DNA of 64,000 bases from an uncultured Planctomycetota bacterium (GTDB lineage: Bacteria; Planctomycetota; Planctomycetia; Gemmatales; Gemmataceae), in the NCBI GenBank assembly GCA_963849325.1, contig CAWKHF010000012.1:864001-928000 (forward strand), in the 5' to 3' direction. The position numbers and the translations under genes were made by a program. Shown one piece after another: positions 45,345-56,164 of the stretch. The notes under the pieces were generated by a model that worked only from the letters and a program-made list of their open reading frames with translations, made no database searches and had not been told where the DNA came from. Each line of letters opens with the position of its first letter. Position 1 is the stretch's first letter.

Positions 45345-45608
45345 TTACTTCTCGACCACGTCCTCCATTCGAGCGATGGCGACGATTTCGGTGCGCACCA
45401 GCAGGAGGCGGCGGCGGTTGCGCTTGATGCCGGTGTGGACGGACGCGGCCACGTAATTTTCGCGCGTCGTGTCGGTGTCGCGCAGATCGTGCAGGTCGGC
45501 GTTGCGCAGCTCCAGGAAGTGCTCATCCACCCGGTTCAGCGTGCCCAGGCAAACGTATTCGGTACGCAGATCGACGATCACACGCTGGCCGATCAGCTCG
45601 TCCAACAT
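45345..45608 (-). CDS. Small Sm/Lsm-like fold protein (87 aa)
   Basis: LIGQRVIVDL...GTLNRVDEHFLELRNAD (Sm1-like) and LLLVRTEIVAI (Sm2-like). Confidence 0.6.
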   Translation of the reverse strand: MLDELIGQRVIVDLRTEYVCLGTLNRVDEHFLELRNADLHDLRDTDTTRENYVAASVHTGIKRNRRRLLLVRTEIVAIARMEDVVEK

Positions 45609-45709
45609 TTCCCTTCCCTCACTCGTCCGCAGGGATACCCGGCACGACCGGCGCCTGCTATTGTAACGGAAGTTTTTCCCAAAAGACCTCCCGAGACCGC
45701 AGCGCATCC

Positions 45710-46504
45710 ATGTCAACCAATCCCTTGTCCGCGGCCGAACGCTTTCATCAAACCGCCCTGGCACGCTTGCAGCAACTGCTGGACGTTCAGCGCGACGCTC
45801 TGGACCGGGCCGCCGAGTGGTGCACCGAGGCCATCGCCGCGGACGGCCTGGTGCATTTGTTCGGCTGCGGACACAGCCGTATGTTGTGCGAGGAAATGAC
45901 GCCGCGACAGGGCTGTTTCGTCGGCTGGCACACCATCGTCGAGCTGGGACTGACGTTCCACAACCTGATTGTCGGTCCCAACGGCCTGCGCCAAAGCCTG
46001 CACCTGGAGAAGACACCCGGCTATGCCGAGCAGATCCTGCGCAACTTCGCCTTCGGGCCGAAGGACGTGATGATCGTTATTTCGACCAGTGGTATCCGTG
46101 AAGTCATCATTGAGATGGCGGAGGCGGCGAAGCAGCGCGGTCTGCGCGTCATCGGCGTCGTGAGTCGGGTCCACTGCGAGCAGGCCCGGCCGGCCCACGT
46201 CTCGGGCAAGAAACTCCTCGACTTGGCCGACGTCATTCTGGATAACGGCGCTCCCGTCGGCGATTGTTTGTTCGAGCTGGAAGGCGGCGCCGGCAAGACC
46301 GGCCCGTTCAGCACGCTGGGCGGCGCGCTGGTCATGAACATGCTGCGCTGCGAGGTGGCGCAGCGGTTGGTGCGGCGCGGCATCGAGCCGGTGTTCCTGC
46401 CCAGCCACCAGTTCGTCGGCAGCCGCACGGTGGAGGAACAATTGGATTTCTTTTACGCCCAGTACGCCCGCCGCATTGCTCCTCTGTACGCAAGGCAAGG
46501 ATAA
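45710..46504 (+). CDS. SIS domain sugar isomerase
   Basis: HLFGCGHS, ISTSG, ADVILDNGAPVGD. Confidence 0.85.
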   Translation: MSTNPLSAAERFHQTALARLQQLLDVQRDALDRAAEWCTEAIAADGLVHLFGCGHSRMLCEEMTPRQGCFVGWHTIVELGLTFHNLIVGPNGLRQSLHLEKTPGYAEQILRNFAFGPKDVMIVISTSGIREVIIEMAEAAKQRGLRVIGVVSRVHCEQARPAHVSGKKLLDLADVILDNGAPVGDCLFELEGGAGKTGPFSTLGGALVMNMLRCEVAQRLVRRGIEPVFLPSHQFVGSRTVEEQLDFFYAQYARRIAPLYARQG

Positions 46505-46514
46505 ACTGTCAAAC

Positions 46515-46637
46515 AGGGACTAGGGACTAGGGACTAGGGAATAGGGGCAAGAGATGAGGGAGGAGAAGCCAGAGGGCAGGGGCCAGGCAAAAAGCTTCTT
46601 CCCTATTCCCTATTCCCTATTCCCTAGTCCCTATTCC
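46515..46637. repeat. Inverted heptamer tandem repeats (GGGACTA / CCCTATT)
   Basis: gggactagggactagggactagggaata ... ccctattccctattccctattccctagtccctattcc. Confidence 0.85.
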
Positions 46638-47623
46638 AAGCGGCGACTGTTGCTGCTGGCGTTCATCATGGGGGCCGGCATGGCCGTCCTGCTGGCGGTC
46701 CTCTTCCGCGATGCCATCCCCGAGCTTTGGCGAGGCGACGACGCCTTCACTCGTTTCCCACCCGGCGCTCTGGCCGATTACGTTCCCGAGGACAGCGAAG
46801 CCGTGCTGGCGGTACACGTGCGGCCCTTGCTGGACTCGCCGGCGGGGCGCCGACACCTGGCGCCGGCCTTGCAACGACTCGTCCGCCCGGGTGAAGGCCG
46901 TTTTCGCTGGATGGACCTGCTCGGCATAAGCCCCTTGGAAGACCTGGATTACCTGCAAATTTCCTTCACACCGGGCAGCGGTGGCCAACCTCTGTGGCTG
47001 TGCGCGGCCGACTGGACCGTTCGCGCTTCGAGATCGGTCCAGGCAAGCTCCAGAAAAAGACCGTCGATCATTTCGCGGTCCTGGAGTACGCGAATCGCAC
47101 GGCGAAGACGGCGACGCTGCTCGCCCCGGTGGGCGATGCCGTGGTAGCCAGTGACACGCCAAGCCGGGTGATCGCGGCCCTGAACTACGTGCGCGACCCT
47201 CATCCCGTCACGATCCGCAACGAGACGTTGCGCCAAGGGCTGGCGCAGGTCGATCAGCGACAAAGCCTCTGGCTCGCCGCCGCGCTCAAGAGTCTCGGCC
47301 CGATCGCCCGCATCGAACCGTTTTGGCTGGAGACCATCTTGCGACCGTTGTTGACGCACGCCGACAGCGTCCATGGCGGACTCACCTGCACCGAGGACGT
47401 GCGGGTCGAACTGCACTTCCACACGACCAGCATCGAAAGCGCGGCCCGGCTGGAGACGGACTTGCGGAACATCTGCGAGGTGGCCGGGGGCGCCCCCCTC
47501 CTGTTTGGCCGAGACAAAGAACTGCTGCCGCTGTTTCGTTTGCTCGCAGCCGGACAGACGAGCCGCGAGGGCAAGATGGTCTTGCTGCGCTGCCTTCTGG
47601 CAGAGGAACAGCCGGACGGATGA
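46554..47623 (+). CDS. Hypothetical membrane-anchored protein (frameshift ~47000)
   Basis: TM segment, then YVPEDSEAVLAV; continues in ORF 46994..47623. Confidence 0.6.
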
Positions 47624-47902
47624 GCGCGGAGGGAAAGAAAGCGCGAGGGGCCGCGCCGGGTCGTTAATTGGCGGAGATGCTGGTAAACGAGTTAAGCGGA
47701 TGTTTGTCCCACGTGTGCGATCCTCCTTCCAAGCGTGCGTCCGCCAGTATAGTGCCCGCCAGCGGCGGGAGAAGGGGTTCCGCTCACAGCCCCCGTTAGG
47801 TATAAGGATTTACGACTACCTTTGCACAATCTTGCGAAGGCGTGGGAGTTGCGCCGGCGACAACGGCCGGTTCCCGAACACCGCCCACCCGAAGGGGATG
47901 TC

Positions 47903-49589
47903 ATGATTGCGCGTTCCGCCTCGGCTTTCGCCCTCGCGGTCATTCTGTCCGTCTCGTCCGGCCCCGCCACGGCTCAGGATGTCGAGAGGTATTCCCTGGG
48001 CGGCCCCCGCCTGGCCGTCGGCGACCCCGCACCCAAGCTCGCGGTCCAGGAATTCGTGCGCGGGCAACCCGTGGCGGAACTCGAGTGCGGGACGGTCTAC
48101 GTCCTCGAGTTCCTGGAAGTGTGGCTGCCCACCGTGCCGGGCCGCGATCCCGCACCTGAACGACCTCCAGAAGAAATACCCCGCCGTCGTCTTTATGAGC
48201 GTCGGGGTGTACACCCCGACGAACGACCTCATCGCGTATGTGAAGAGAACCGGCGACCACATGGGGTATCGGGTTGCCGTCGATCGTGTGCCGCCGGACA
48301 AACACCCGTACACCTGTGGGGCGATGGTTCAGGGCTGGCTGGAGCCGGCCGGCGAGGAGGGCGTCCCGACCTCATTCGTCGTTGACAGCAACGGCCGCAT
48401 CGCCTGGGTCGGTCACCCGACGGACCTGGATGCGGACAAAGCCGGCCGGCCCCTCCGTCAGATCGTCTCCGGCAAGTGGGATTCGAAGTCGGCCGCCGCG
48501 AAGTTCGCCGCGTCCCGCGGTGCTGACGCCCGCCGGCGGATCGACCAGTTGCCCAAGACCGAGCGCGATGCCGTCCACGCGCTCCACGAGCGGGTCGGCC
48601 GGGTCGAGGCGGTCATCCGTGGGAATACCGTTACCGGCGTGCGGTTCGACCCACGCCGAGTCACCGATTCGGTCATCGCGGACCTGGCAAACGGGCTCCG
48701 AAAGCTGAAAGGACTCCAGGATCTGGACCTTTGCGGCGCGGACATCACCGACGCGGGGATCCAGTCGCTTCGGACGTTGACGGCAATCGAAACCCTCGAC
48801 ATCAGCTGCACCCGCACGACGGACGCGGGGCTAGCGGACCTGCGGGACTGGAAACACCTCCGGGTTCTGAACCTCCAGGGTACCCGGGTTACAAGTGCCG
48901 GCTTGAAGAGACTGAAAGCGATGCCCAAGCTGGTGAATTTGAACCTTTCGGGCCTACCCATGACGGCCGAAGGGCTGAGGGTCCTTAAGGATTTACCCGA
49001 ACTGCACGTCCTTAACCTTTCCAGTACGGGCGTGACCGACGACATGCTCAAGGAACTTCGGGGGGTGCAGGGGCTACACGGCCTCGATCTTTCCAACACC
49101 CTCATCACGGATGCGGGAGTGAGGGAACTGAAGGACTTATCGCTGGGGTATTTGTCCCTTAAGAATACCCGAGTCGTGGGGAGGGGGTTCGCGGAGCTGT
49201 CGGAACGGATCAACACTCTGAACCTGTCCGGCACCGGAGTCACCGATGCCGGGTTATCGGAGCTGAATCGGTTCCCCAACCTCCGTCAGCTGAAGCTCGA
49301 CGGGACGCGGGTGACGGACGCGGGGTTGGCCGGGCTGCGTGGAAATCGGCGACTCCGCTCCCTTTCCTTGACCGATACCCGGGTGACCGATGCGGGCCTC
49401 TCGAGTCTCCGCGATCTGAAGGACCTTGATACATTGCAGCTGGGCGGGACCGGGGTAACGAACCGCGGGTTGCGCGAAGTAGAACGGTTCAAGACCCTCA
49501 CGTTCTTGGACGTCGCCTGCACCAGGGTGACGAAAGCGGGCGTTGATGACCTCCGAGCTGCTCTGCCAACTCTCCTAATCGCATACTAA
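47903..49589 (+). CDS. TlpA/redoxin-domain plus leucine-rich-repeat protein (frameshift ~48115)
   Basis: Signal peptide, LAVGDPAPKL, VYVLEF, CPPC...IPHLN, GVPTSFVVD; about a dozen LxxLxLsxTxVTDaGL repeats. Confidence 0.8.
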
Positions 49590-49972
49590 CTTGCCGGCGA
49601 ATACGCTCTGCGAATCCGAGCACTCACGGGTCGGCCACGTCCCGGTACGGAACGCGGATCCCGACGCCGCCCGCACAGGAATGTGCGTGTTACACGCCGG
49701 CACGTACTTTCTTGTGCATGGACCGCACCGACCCCGGCGAGCAGTACACGAGATAACTCTCGACCGGTGGGAGCGTTTGCCACCGGGTCATCAGTAGGCA
49801 AAGACCTTCGCGCGCTTTATATTTATCGTATTCGCCAGGCTCCCCCGGTTTCCTTCTCGTAGAGGTGGCGCATGCGTCGTTGGTATTTCCTCCTCGCTGC
49901 GTCCCTGATGAGCCGGACGGCCGCATCCGTCCATGTGGATCAACCGGATGGATAATCGTGGAGGCCAAGCGT

Positions 49973-50686
49973 ATGCCGTTGCATAATTGGACCGAGCTTC
50001 CGGGATGGGAAGGCGTTCATCATCTGTGGATCACTGAATTACTACACTGGATCAAGCCTCGTTTACCGGAGGGTTATCGAGCCTACATCGGCTCGGCTCC
50101 GGCGGTCGCCATCGGCGCCCCCACGGAGCGACCCGATGGCAGCGTGCGCCAATGGACCGAGGAGCAACCCTCGGCCACCCCGCCTTCTACCGTCTCCTCT
50201 CCGGGGGAGGCATCCACCGAGGAACCGGATGAAGAAATCGCTGTCGCCGCTCTCGATCCGAGCATGGCGCTTTACGTGCAAACCCGTGGCCGGTTGATCG
50301 CCGCGGTGGAACTCGTCTCGCCGCGCAACAAGGATCGGCCTGTCGCCCGCGCCACCTATCTCGCCCGTTACCTGGGCTATTTGCTGGAAGGCGTGCATCT
50401 GCTTCTCGTTGATGTCCATCGCCGCCCACTTCATTTTTCTTTCGCCGATAGCATCGCGCAGGAGCTGCACATCGTTCAGCCTCCCTGTCCTGCTCCTCTG
50501 GCGATCAGCTACCGTGTGGGCGAACCGGCGGCCAGCGGCGGCCGGTTCCTGGCGATTTGGCGGCGTCCCCTTGTCATCGGAGGGCCGTTGCCGCAGATGC
50601 GCCTGCCGCTGAGCGTTACCGCCGACGTCGCCGTTGACCTCGAACAGACCTACGGGCGGGCCACCGCGGACGCCTACCTGACGTGA
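49973..50686 (+). CDS. DUF4058-like (PD-(D/E)XK) planctomycete protein
   Basis: MPLHNW...HHLWITEL, AAVELVSPRNKDRP, GVHLLLVD, LPQMRLPL, DLEQTY. Confidence 0.8.
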   Translation: MPLHNWTELPGWEGVHHLWITELLHWIKPRLPEGYRAYIGSAPAVAIGAPTERPDGSVRQWTEEQPSATPPSTVSSPGEASTEEPDEEIAVAALDPSMALYVQTRGRLIAAVELVSPRNKDRPVARATYLARYLGYLLEGVHLLLVDVHRRPLHFSFADSIAQELHIVQPPCPAPLAISYRVGEPAASGGRFLAIWRRPLVIGGPLPQMRLPLSVTADVAVDLEQTYGRATADAYLT

Positions 50687-50713
50687 TTGTTGTCTCCCGA
50701 ATGGAGGTGATCC

Positions 50714-53004
50714 ATGATCTGCCGGCGTTTGCTTTTCGTAATAACCCTATCCGCCCTGGCCCTCGACCCCGTCCGCGCCGAACCGCTGCCGGACACCAAG
50801 CCTCTCACCCGCCAGGGCGACCTCGCCGCCCAGATGGTCGAGGGCATCGATAAGTACCTGATGCGCGAGCTGGCCGCATCGGTCGAGAAGAGAATGCAAT
50901 ACTGGAAGCCCGATTTTTCTTCGGCGGAAGCGTACCGGAAATCGGTGCAGCCGAACCGCGAACGGTTGAAGAAGATTCTCGGTGTTGTCGATGAGCGCGT
51001 ATCGCCGGTCGAGATGGAATACGCCGGCACGGCGAAACAGCCCGCTCTCGCCGCCGAGACAGCTGCCTACAAAGTGTATGCCGTGCGTTGGCCGGTGCTT
51101 CCGGGCGTGGACGGCGAAGGATTGTTGCTCGAACCGAAAGAGAAGGTCGCAGCCCAGGTAGTTGCTCTGCCAGACGCGGACTGGACGCCGGAAATGTTGG
51201 TCGGCCTGGCTCCCGGCGTGCCGAAGGAAGCCCAGTTCGCTCGCCGGCTGGCCGAGAATGGCTGTCGCGTGCTCGTTCCGGTGCTGATCGATCGCAAGGA
51301 TACTTGGTCGGGCAATCCAAAACTGGGCCGCATGACGAATCAACCCCACCGCGAGTTCATCTATCGCATGGCCTATGAGATGGGGCGACATATCATCGGC
51401 TACGAAGTGCAGAAAATATTGGCTGCGGTAGACTGGTTCTGCCGAGAACAAAATCATCTTCCCGTCGCGGTCGTGGGCTACGGCGAGGGGGGACTATTGG
51501 CTCTTTACAACTCTGCAATCGATCGGCGAATCTGGCTCACGGTTGTGAGCGGTTATTTCGGACCACGCGAAGGCATCTGGCAGGAACCGATCTATCGCAA
51601 TGTCTTTGGTCTGCTTCGTGAGTTCGGCGACGCGGAGTTAGCCTCATTGGCGGAATCCGCGCTACAAGTTGAGCCGGTCAAAGGGCCGTTTGTGGACGGG
51701 TCGCCGGCCGCTCGCGCCAATCGTGGTGGCGCGGCACCAGGCCGGCTCTTGACACCAACCGAGAAAACCGTCCGGGAAGAAATGGCTCGAGTTAAGAAAC
51801 TTGATTATTTTTTTAATGCGCCCGTGCGCCTCAAGGTGATCGAAAAGGCGTCCTGAGGGGGGGACAAGGTGTGCTTGGCCTCCCTGAACTCGTACTGCTC
51901 TATCAAAAACTAAAACCTGAAGGCAAACCGCCGACAGATAACCGTAAAGACTTTGATCCCGCCCTGCGCCAAAAACGCCAGTTCGAGCAACTCGTCGCTT
52001 TCACTCAGCAGTTGATGCGCGATTCCGAGCGCTATCGCCAACAACACTTCTGGACCAAGCTCGACACGTCGTCGCTGGAGAAGTATCAGAAATCCTGCGA
52101 ACCCTTCCGCAAGCAGCTCGATGAGGAAGTCATCGGCAAACTGCCTTCGCCAACGCTGCCGATGAACCCGCAGACGCGGCCGCTCTACGACGAACCGAAG
52201 TGGAAGGGCTACGAGGTGACGCTCGACCTTTATCCCGACGTCTTCGCCTACGGTATTCTTTTGTTGCCCAAGGACCTCAAGCCCGGCGAGAAACGGCCGG
52301 TCGTCGTCTGCCAGCATGGCTTGGAGGGACGGCCGATCGTCGTGTGCAATCCCAGGGAGCGGACGAAACACTACAACTCGTTCGGTGCCCAACTCGCCGA
52401 CCGAGGTTACATTGTCTACGCGCCGCAGAACCCGTACATCGGCCACGACAACTTCCGCGTCCTCCAGCGGAAGGCCAATCCCCTTGGGCTATCGCTGTTC
52501 TCCTTCATCGTCCGCCAGCACGAGCGCACGCTCGATTGGCTGGCCACGCTGCCGAACGTCGATGCCGAGCGCATGGCGTTCTACGGCCTGTCTTACGGCG
52601 GCAAGACGGCCATGCGCGTGCCGGCGCTCTTGCCGCGCTACTGCCTGTCCATCTGCTCCGGCGACTTCAACGAGTGGATACGCAAGAATGTCTCACTCGA
52701 TTATCCGAGCAGTTATATGTTCAGCCCCGAATACGAAATGCCGGAATTCAACCTCGGCCACACTTTCAACTACGCCGAAATGGCGGCGTTGATCGCGCCG
52801 CGACCATTCATGGTCGAGCGCGGCCACGGCGATGGTGTCGGTGTCGATGAGTGGATCGCTTACGAATACGCCAAGGTGCGCCGACTGTATAGCCAGTTGC
52901 GCATCCCCGAGCGGACGGAGATCGAGTTTTTCGCCGGCGGCCACGAGATCCACGGCCAGGGTACGTTTCGGTTCCTCGATAAGCATTTGAAATGGCCGCG
53001 CTGA
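50714..53004 (+). CDS. Secreted tandem alpha/beta hydrolase (dienelactone hydrolase/esterase-like), split at ~51855
   Basis: GYGEGG in the first domain; GLSYGG, RPFMVERGHGD and GGHEI in the second; the two ORFs abut with a 14-nt gap around a G run. Confidence 0.8.
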
Positions 53005-53014
53005 CGCCAGCGGC

Positions 53015-54592
53015 TCAGCGGCTCGGGCTGGCGAGAAACGGCGTGAGGAACGGCAGGTTCTGCCAGGAAGCGGGCGGCTCCAGACGATGGCTGAGTGGTC
53101 CGGGCAGGACGTCGCGGTAATCCGCCTTCAGGTACACGCCGGTCAGGTTGACGAAGCCGGCTGCCACGGCCGTCGCCACCAAGAGCGATCGTCCCCAGTT
53201 CAACCGGCGCAGGGCGTCGATGGGTCGCAGACAGAGGAGGGCGAACAGCGGCACCGTCTCCGTGACCAGCCGCGAACCCCAGCAGTGCCCGCCCCACCAG
53301 CAGTTCCACGAGGCGATCAGCGCCAGGTGAAGAACGATGGCCGTCGCACAGAACCAGCGCCAGCCGGCCGGCCCATCCGATGGCTCGGCGGTCGTTCGCA
53401 GGCGGCGGACTTGCGGCAGACACATCGTCAGACCCAGCAGGATCCACGGCTGATAGATGAAGAGTCCGTGGGCTGGGCTGAGCAGTAGGGGAATCAGCGT
53501 CTCGCGGCCGCGCCAGGACAACCCCGGCGCCTGGCCGACCGACGGTCCCAGCGGGTTGCCGTAGGTCGATTGGTAGTACCAGGCCCAGGGCGCGTAGGCC
53601 AGGACAGCAACGACACCCACGAATAGAGCACGACGCGGCGTTCGTCCTAGCAGCCACAGCCCGAACGGTAGGATCAGCACCGCCGACGTCAGCCGGCAAG
53701 CGAACGTCATGGCCAGGGCCACACCCTGGAGCAGCGAACCGACCCGGCTCGTCTGTCGTGCGCTGCGGAACTCCACCAGCAACGCCAGCAGCATCCAGAA
53801 GAGGACGCCGCCGTGCTGCCACAGCGCCTGCCCCACCGTGCTGCACAGGCCCGAGCCGACAGCGAGTAACAGCGTCGTCAGTGCCGCCGAGCGGGCATCC
53901 ACGAGATGCAGGGCCAGCAGGAAGAACAGGCCCAGGCACGCCGCCGCCAAGCCCGACGCGACCTCCTTCTCCAGCCGGTCCTGCACGGCGATCCGCTGCA
54001 AATCCGCGCCCAGAAGACGGGCCAGCGCCGCCGACGGCAGGGCGAAGAGGACCATCCCGGATGGGTACGCGGAGTGAATGCCCCTGGCCGTGCGCAGGAG
54101 GAAGTACGGCAGCTCGCCCGGGCCGTTGTAGTGGTTGAGGGCCGCGTACAGGTCGGCGAAGGCCCGCAGGTCGCTGCGGCCATCACATACCAGGCTGGTC
54201 GCTGTCAGCAGAATCGGCTTGGTATCGCCGGACGTGACCGGCCGCGTCTGCGTCAGGAAGAACAGCCCGGCCGGCAGCACAATCAGCAGGCCAGCCGCGC
54301 GATACGGGAGGCGCGCCCGGTCGGTGGCGAACGTCTCGACGTTGTCCCACAGATGCCGTACCGCCGCGCGCACGCGGCGGCGGTAGGTGGCGGCACCGAC
54401 ATAGCGCAGCAGCGGCAGAACCGTCGCCACGGCCACCCACAGGACGGGTTTGCCCTGACAGCGGCCGAGTTGCACGGCCGACACCATGACGAGCATCGTT
54501 TGCAACACGTTCAGCGCGTCGAGTGACGGGATGGACCATCGAAGGCGTGTCGGTGCGCCGGCGATCGGCACTCGCTCCGTGGCGCGTTCCAT
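53015..54592 (-). CDS. Multi-pass membrane protein, probable GT-C glycosyltransferase
   Basis: TSGDT, SAYPSG, QALWQHG, LLSPAHGLFIYQP, WWGGHCWGSRL. Confidence 0.65.
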   Translation of the reverse strand: MERATERVPIAGAPTRLRWSIPSLDALNVLQTMLVMVSAVQLGRCQGKPVLWVAVATVLPLLRYVGAATYRRRVRAAVRHLWDNVETFATDRARLPYRAAGLLIVLPAGLFFLTQTRPVTSGDTKPILLTATSLVCDGRSDLRAFADLYAALNHYNGPGELPYFLLRTARGIHSAYPSGMVLFALPSAALARLLGADLQRIAVQDRLEKEVASGLAAACLGLFFLLALHLVDARSAALTTLLLAVGSGLCSTVGQALWQHGGVLFWMLLALLVEFRSARQTSRVGSLLQGVALAMTFACRLTSAVLILPFGLWLLGRTPRRALFVGVVAVLAYAPWAWYYQSTYGNPLGPSVGQAPGLSWRGRETLIPLLLSPAHGLFIYQPWILLGLTMCLPQVRRLRTTAEPSDGPAGWRWFCATAIVLHLALIASWNCWWGGHCWGSRLVTETVPLFALLCLRPIDALRRLNWGRSLLVATAVAAGFVNLTGVYLKADYRDVLPGPLSHRLEPPASWQNLPFLTPFLASPSR

Positions 54593-54635
54593 GCGGGCCG
54601 TGACCTCCCGGGAGCCATCGCGTGCCTGCCGGGTC

Positions 54636-55136
54636 TCAGAACTCCGGGACCGGCTGCAGAGACTGGCCCTGTTGGTCGTAAAACGCTTCGTGCAGGAGAA
54701 AGACCTGGCGAGCCGTGAAGCCCAGTCCTTGGAGCTGACGGCTCAGCTGGTGGTAGGCGTGGCGATCCAGCCGCCGCGAGAGCAGTGACTGGAAGTGACG
54801 CGGGCACAGGTCCATCTCGACCGGCGCAACCGCGTGCAGGGGGAAGGTAAGGTAGCGGACGGTGCCTTGTTGCTGGCAGACCGTACAGCGATGCTTTTCG
54901 GTCCGAAGCACGAGCGGCTCGCCCTCGCCCTGGGCCAGCGCTTCCTGACAGTCGGGACAGATCGCCAAGCCGGCGAGGCGGTCCCACGGACAGCCGGCCG
55001 ATTGGCATCGACTGCACGGTTCTCGCGCTGCGACTCCTTGCTTCACCACGCGCAGCCCGTCCATCGATTGTCCTCCCCCAAGTCCGCCGCATTGATGAAG
55101 GATGATTTCCAGACCATCATCATTCATCTTCGGCAA
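54636..55136 (-). CDS. Cys-rich (multi zinc-finger) hypothetical protein
   Basis: CSRC, CPDC, CTVC and CPRH pairs; start uncertain. Confidence 0.65.
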   Translation of the reverse strand: MPKMNDDGLEIILHQCGGLGGGQSMDGLRVVKQGVAAREPCSRCQSAGCPWDRLAGLAICPDCQEALAQGEGEPLVLRTEKHRCTVCQQQGTVRYLTFPLHAVAPVEMDLCPRHFQSLLSRRLDRHAYHQLSRQLQGLGFTARQVFLLHEAFYDQQGQSLQPVPEF

Positions 55137-55508
55137 GCGCCCGGCCGTCTCTCCCCTTTTTCCGCGGAGAAAAGCGGTCGGGCTCGGTCGCCGGCCATGC
55201 CCCGCCTGTCGCTGTAAGCCGCTCTAAGCAGGTGGTGTCGTGTTCGTTAACTTCCGTTTACACGCGCCACTTCCGGGAAAAACGCACCCCTCCGGCTCGC
55301 GTCAGCCTGTCACGTCGCAAGTGTTTGGGAATAAATGAGATACGGCTACGGACCTCGGCGGAGGCGGCGGGACGGCGCGATCCTCTCTCGAAGACACCGA
55401 TTCGGCATGTCAAATGCAATTCACCCGCATCATTAACCAGGACGGGCGACGTGAATTGTGCCCGTTGCGAGTCGTGCCAACGAAGTCTGTCGCTGAGGAA
55501 GGCCATCC

Positions 55509-55982
55509 ATGTCAGCAGCCGTTTCCTCCCTTCTGGGGTATCCGACCATGCCAACCGTCATCCGACCCGCTTTGCAATCCTTACGTCGTCTGCCAACGCT
55601 GCACCAGGTCGCCGAATCCTGGGGCAAGCTGGAACTGAAGCTGGAGACCGAGGACACGCGCTACTGGATCACCACCGAGGGCGTACCCCACAAGACCAGC
55701 GGAACTCCCATCAATTACGTCATCGATTACGTCACCGTCGAGAAGCTCTCCGACGACGGCAACTGGGATCTCAAGGCCGTCTACAGTCCCGAGGCGTGGA
55801 AGCTGTCGCAGGCGTTCGATTACTGCCAGATCCTCTACCAGGAATTGAACCGCCTCAACACCGCCCTGGAAGAAAACTTCAGCTGGGGTCTCGTCAAGGA
55901 ACGCGAGCAGTTGCAGGCCGAGCTGGAAGCGGCCAACAAGATCATCTTCGAGTTGTCGGACAAGGTCCGCTCGCGCTGCTGA
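55509..55982 (+). CDS. Hypothetical protein with C-terminal coiled coil
   Basis: 157-aa ORF with GC-rich third codon positions; start uncertain. Confidence 0.6.
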   Translation: MSAAVSSLLGYPTMPTVIRPALQSLRRLPTLHQVAESWGKLELKLETEDTRYWITTEGVPHKTSGTPINYVIDYVTVEKLSDDGNWDLKAVYSPEAWKLSQAFDYCQILYQELNRLNTALEENFSWGLVKEREQLQAELEAANKIIFELSDKVRSRC

Positions 55983-56164
55983 GTCGCTTCTGCCAACACT
56001 CCTCCCTCTTCGCGTGTCGCCACACCACGATTCGCGGCAGACCGGATCGTCGCGGGCTACGCGCTGCCCAGCCTGTACTCTCGATGATCCGGTCTGTATA
56101 CTTTCACCTGTGGAATTGCACGCCAAAGCTCGTCCGTTTCATGGCTGAACCCACATAAGGCAGG

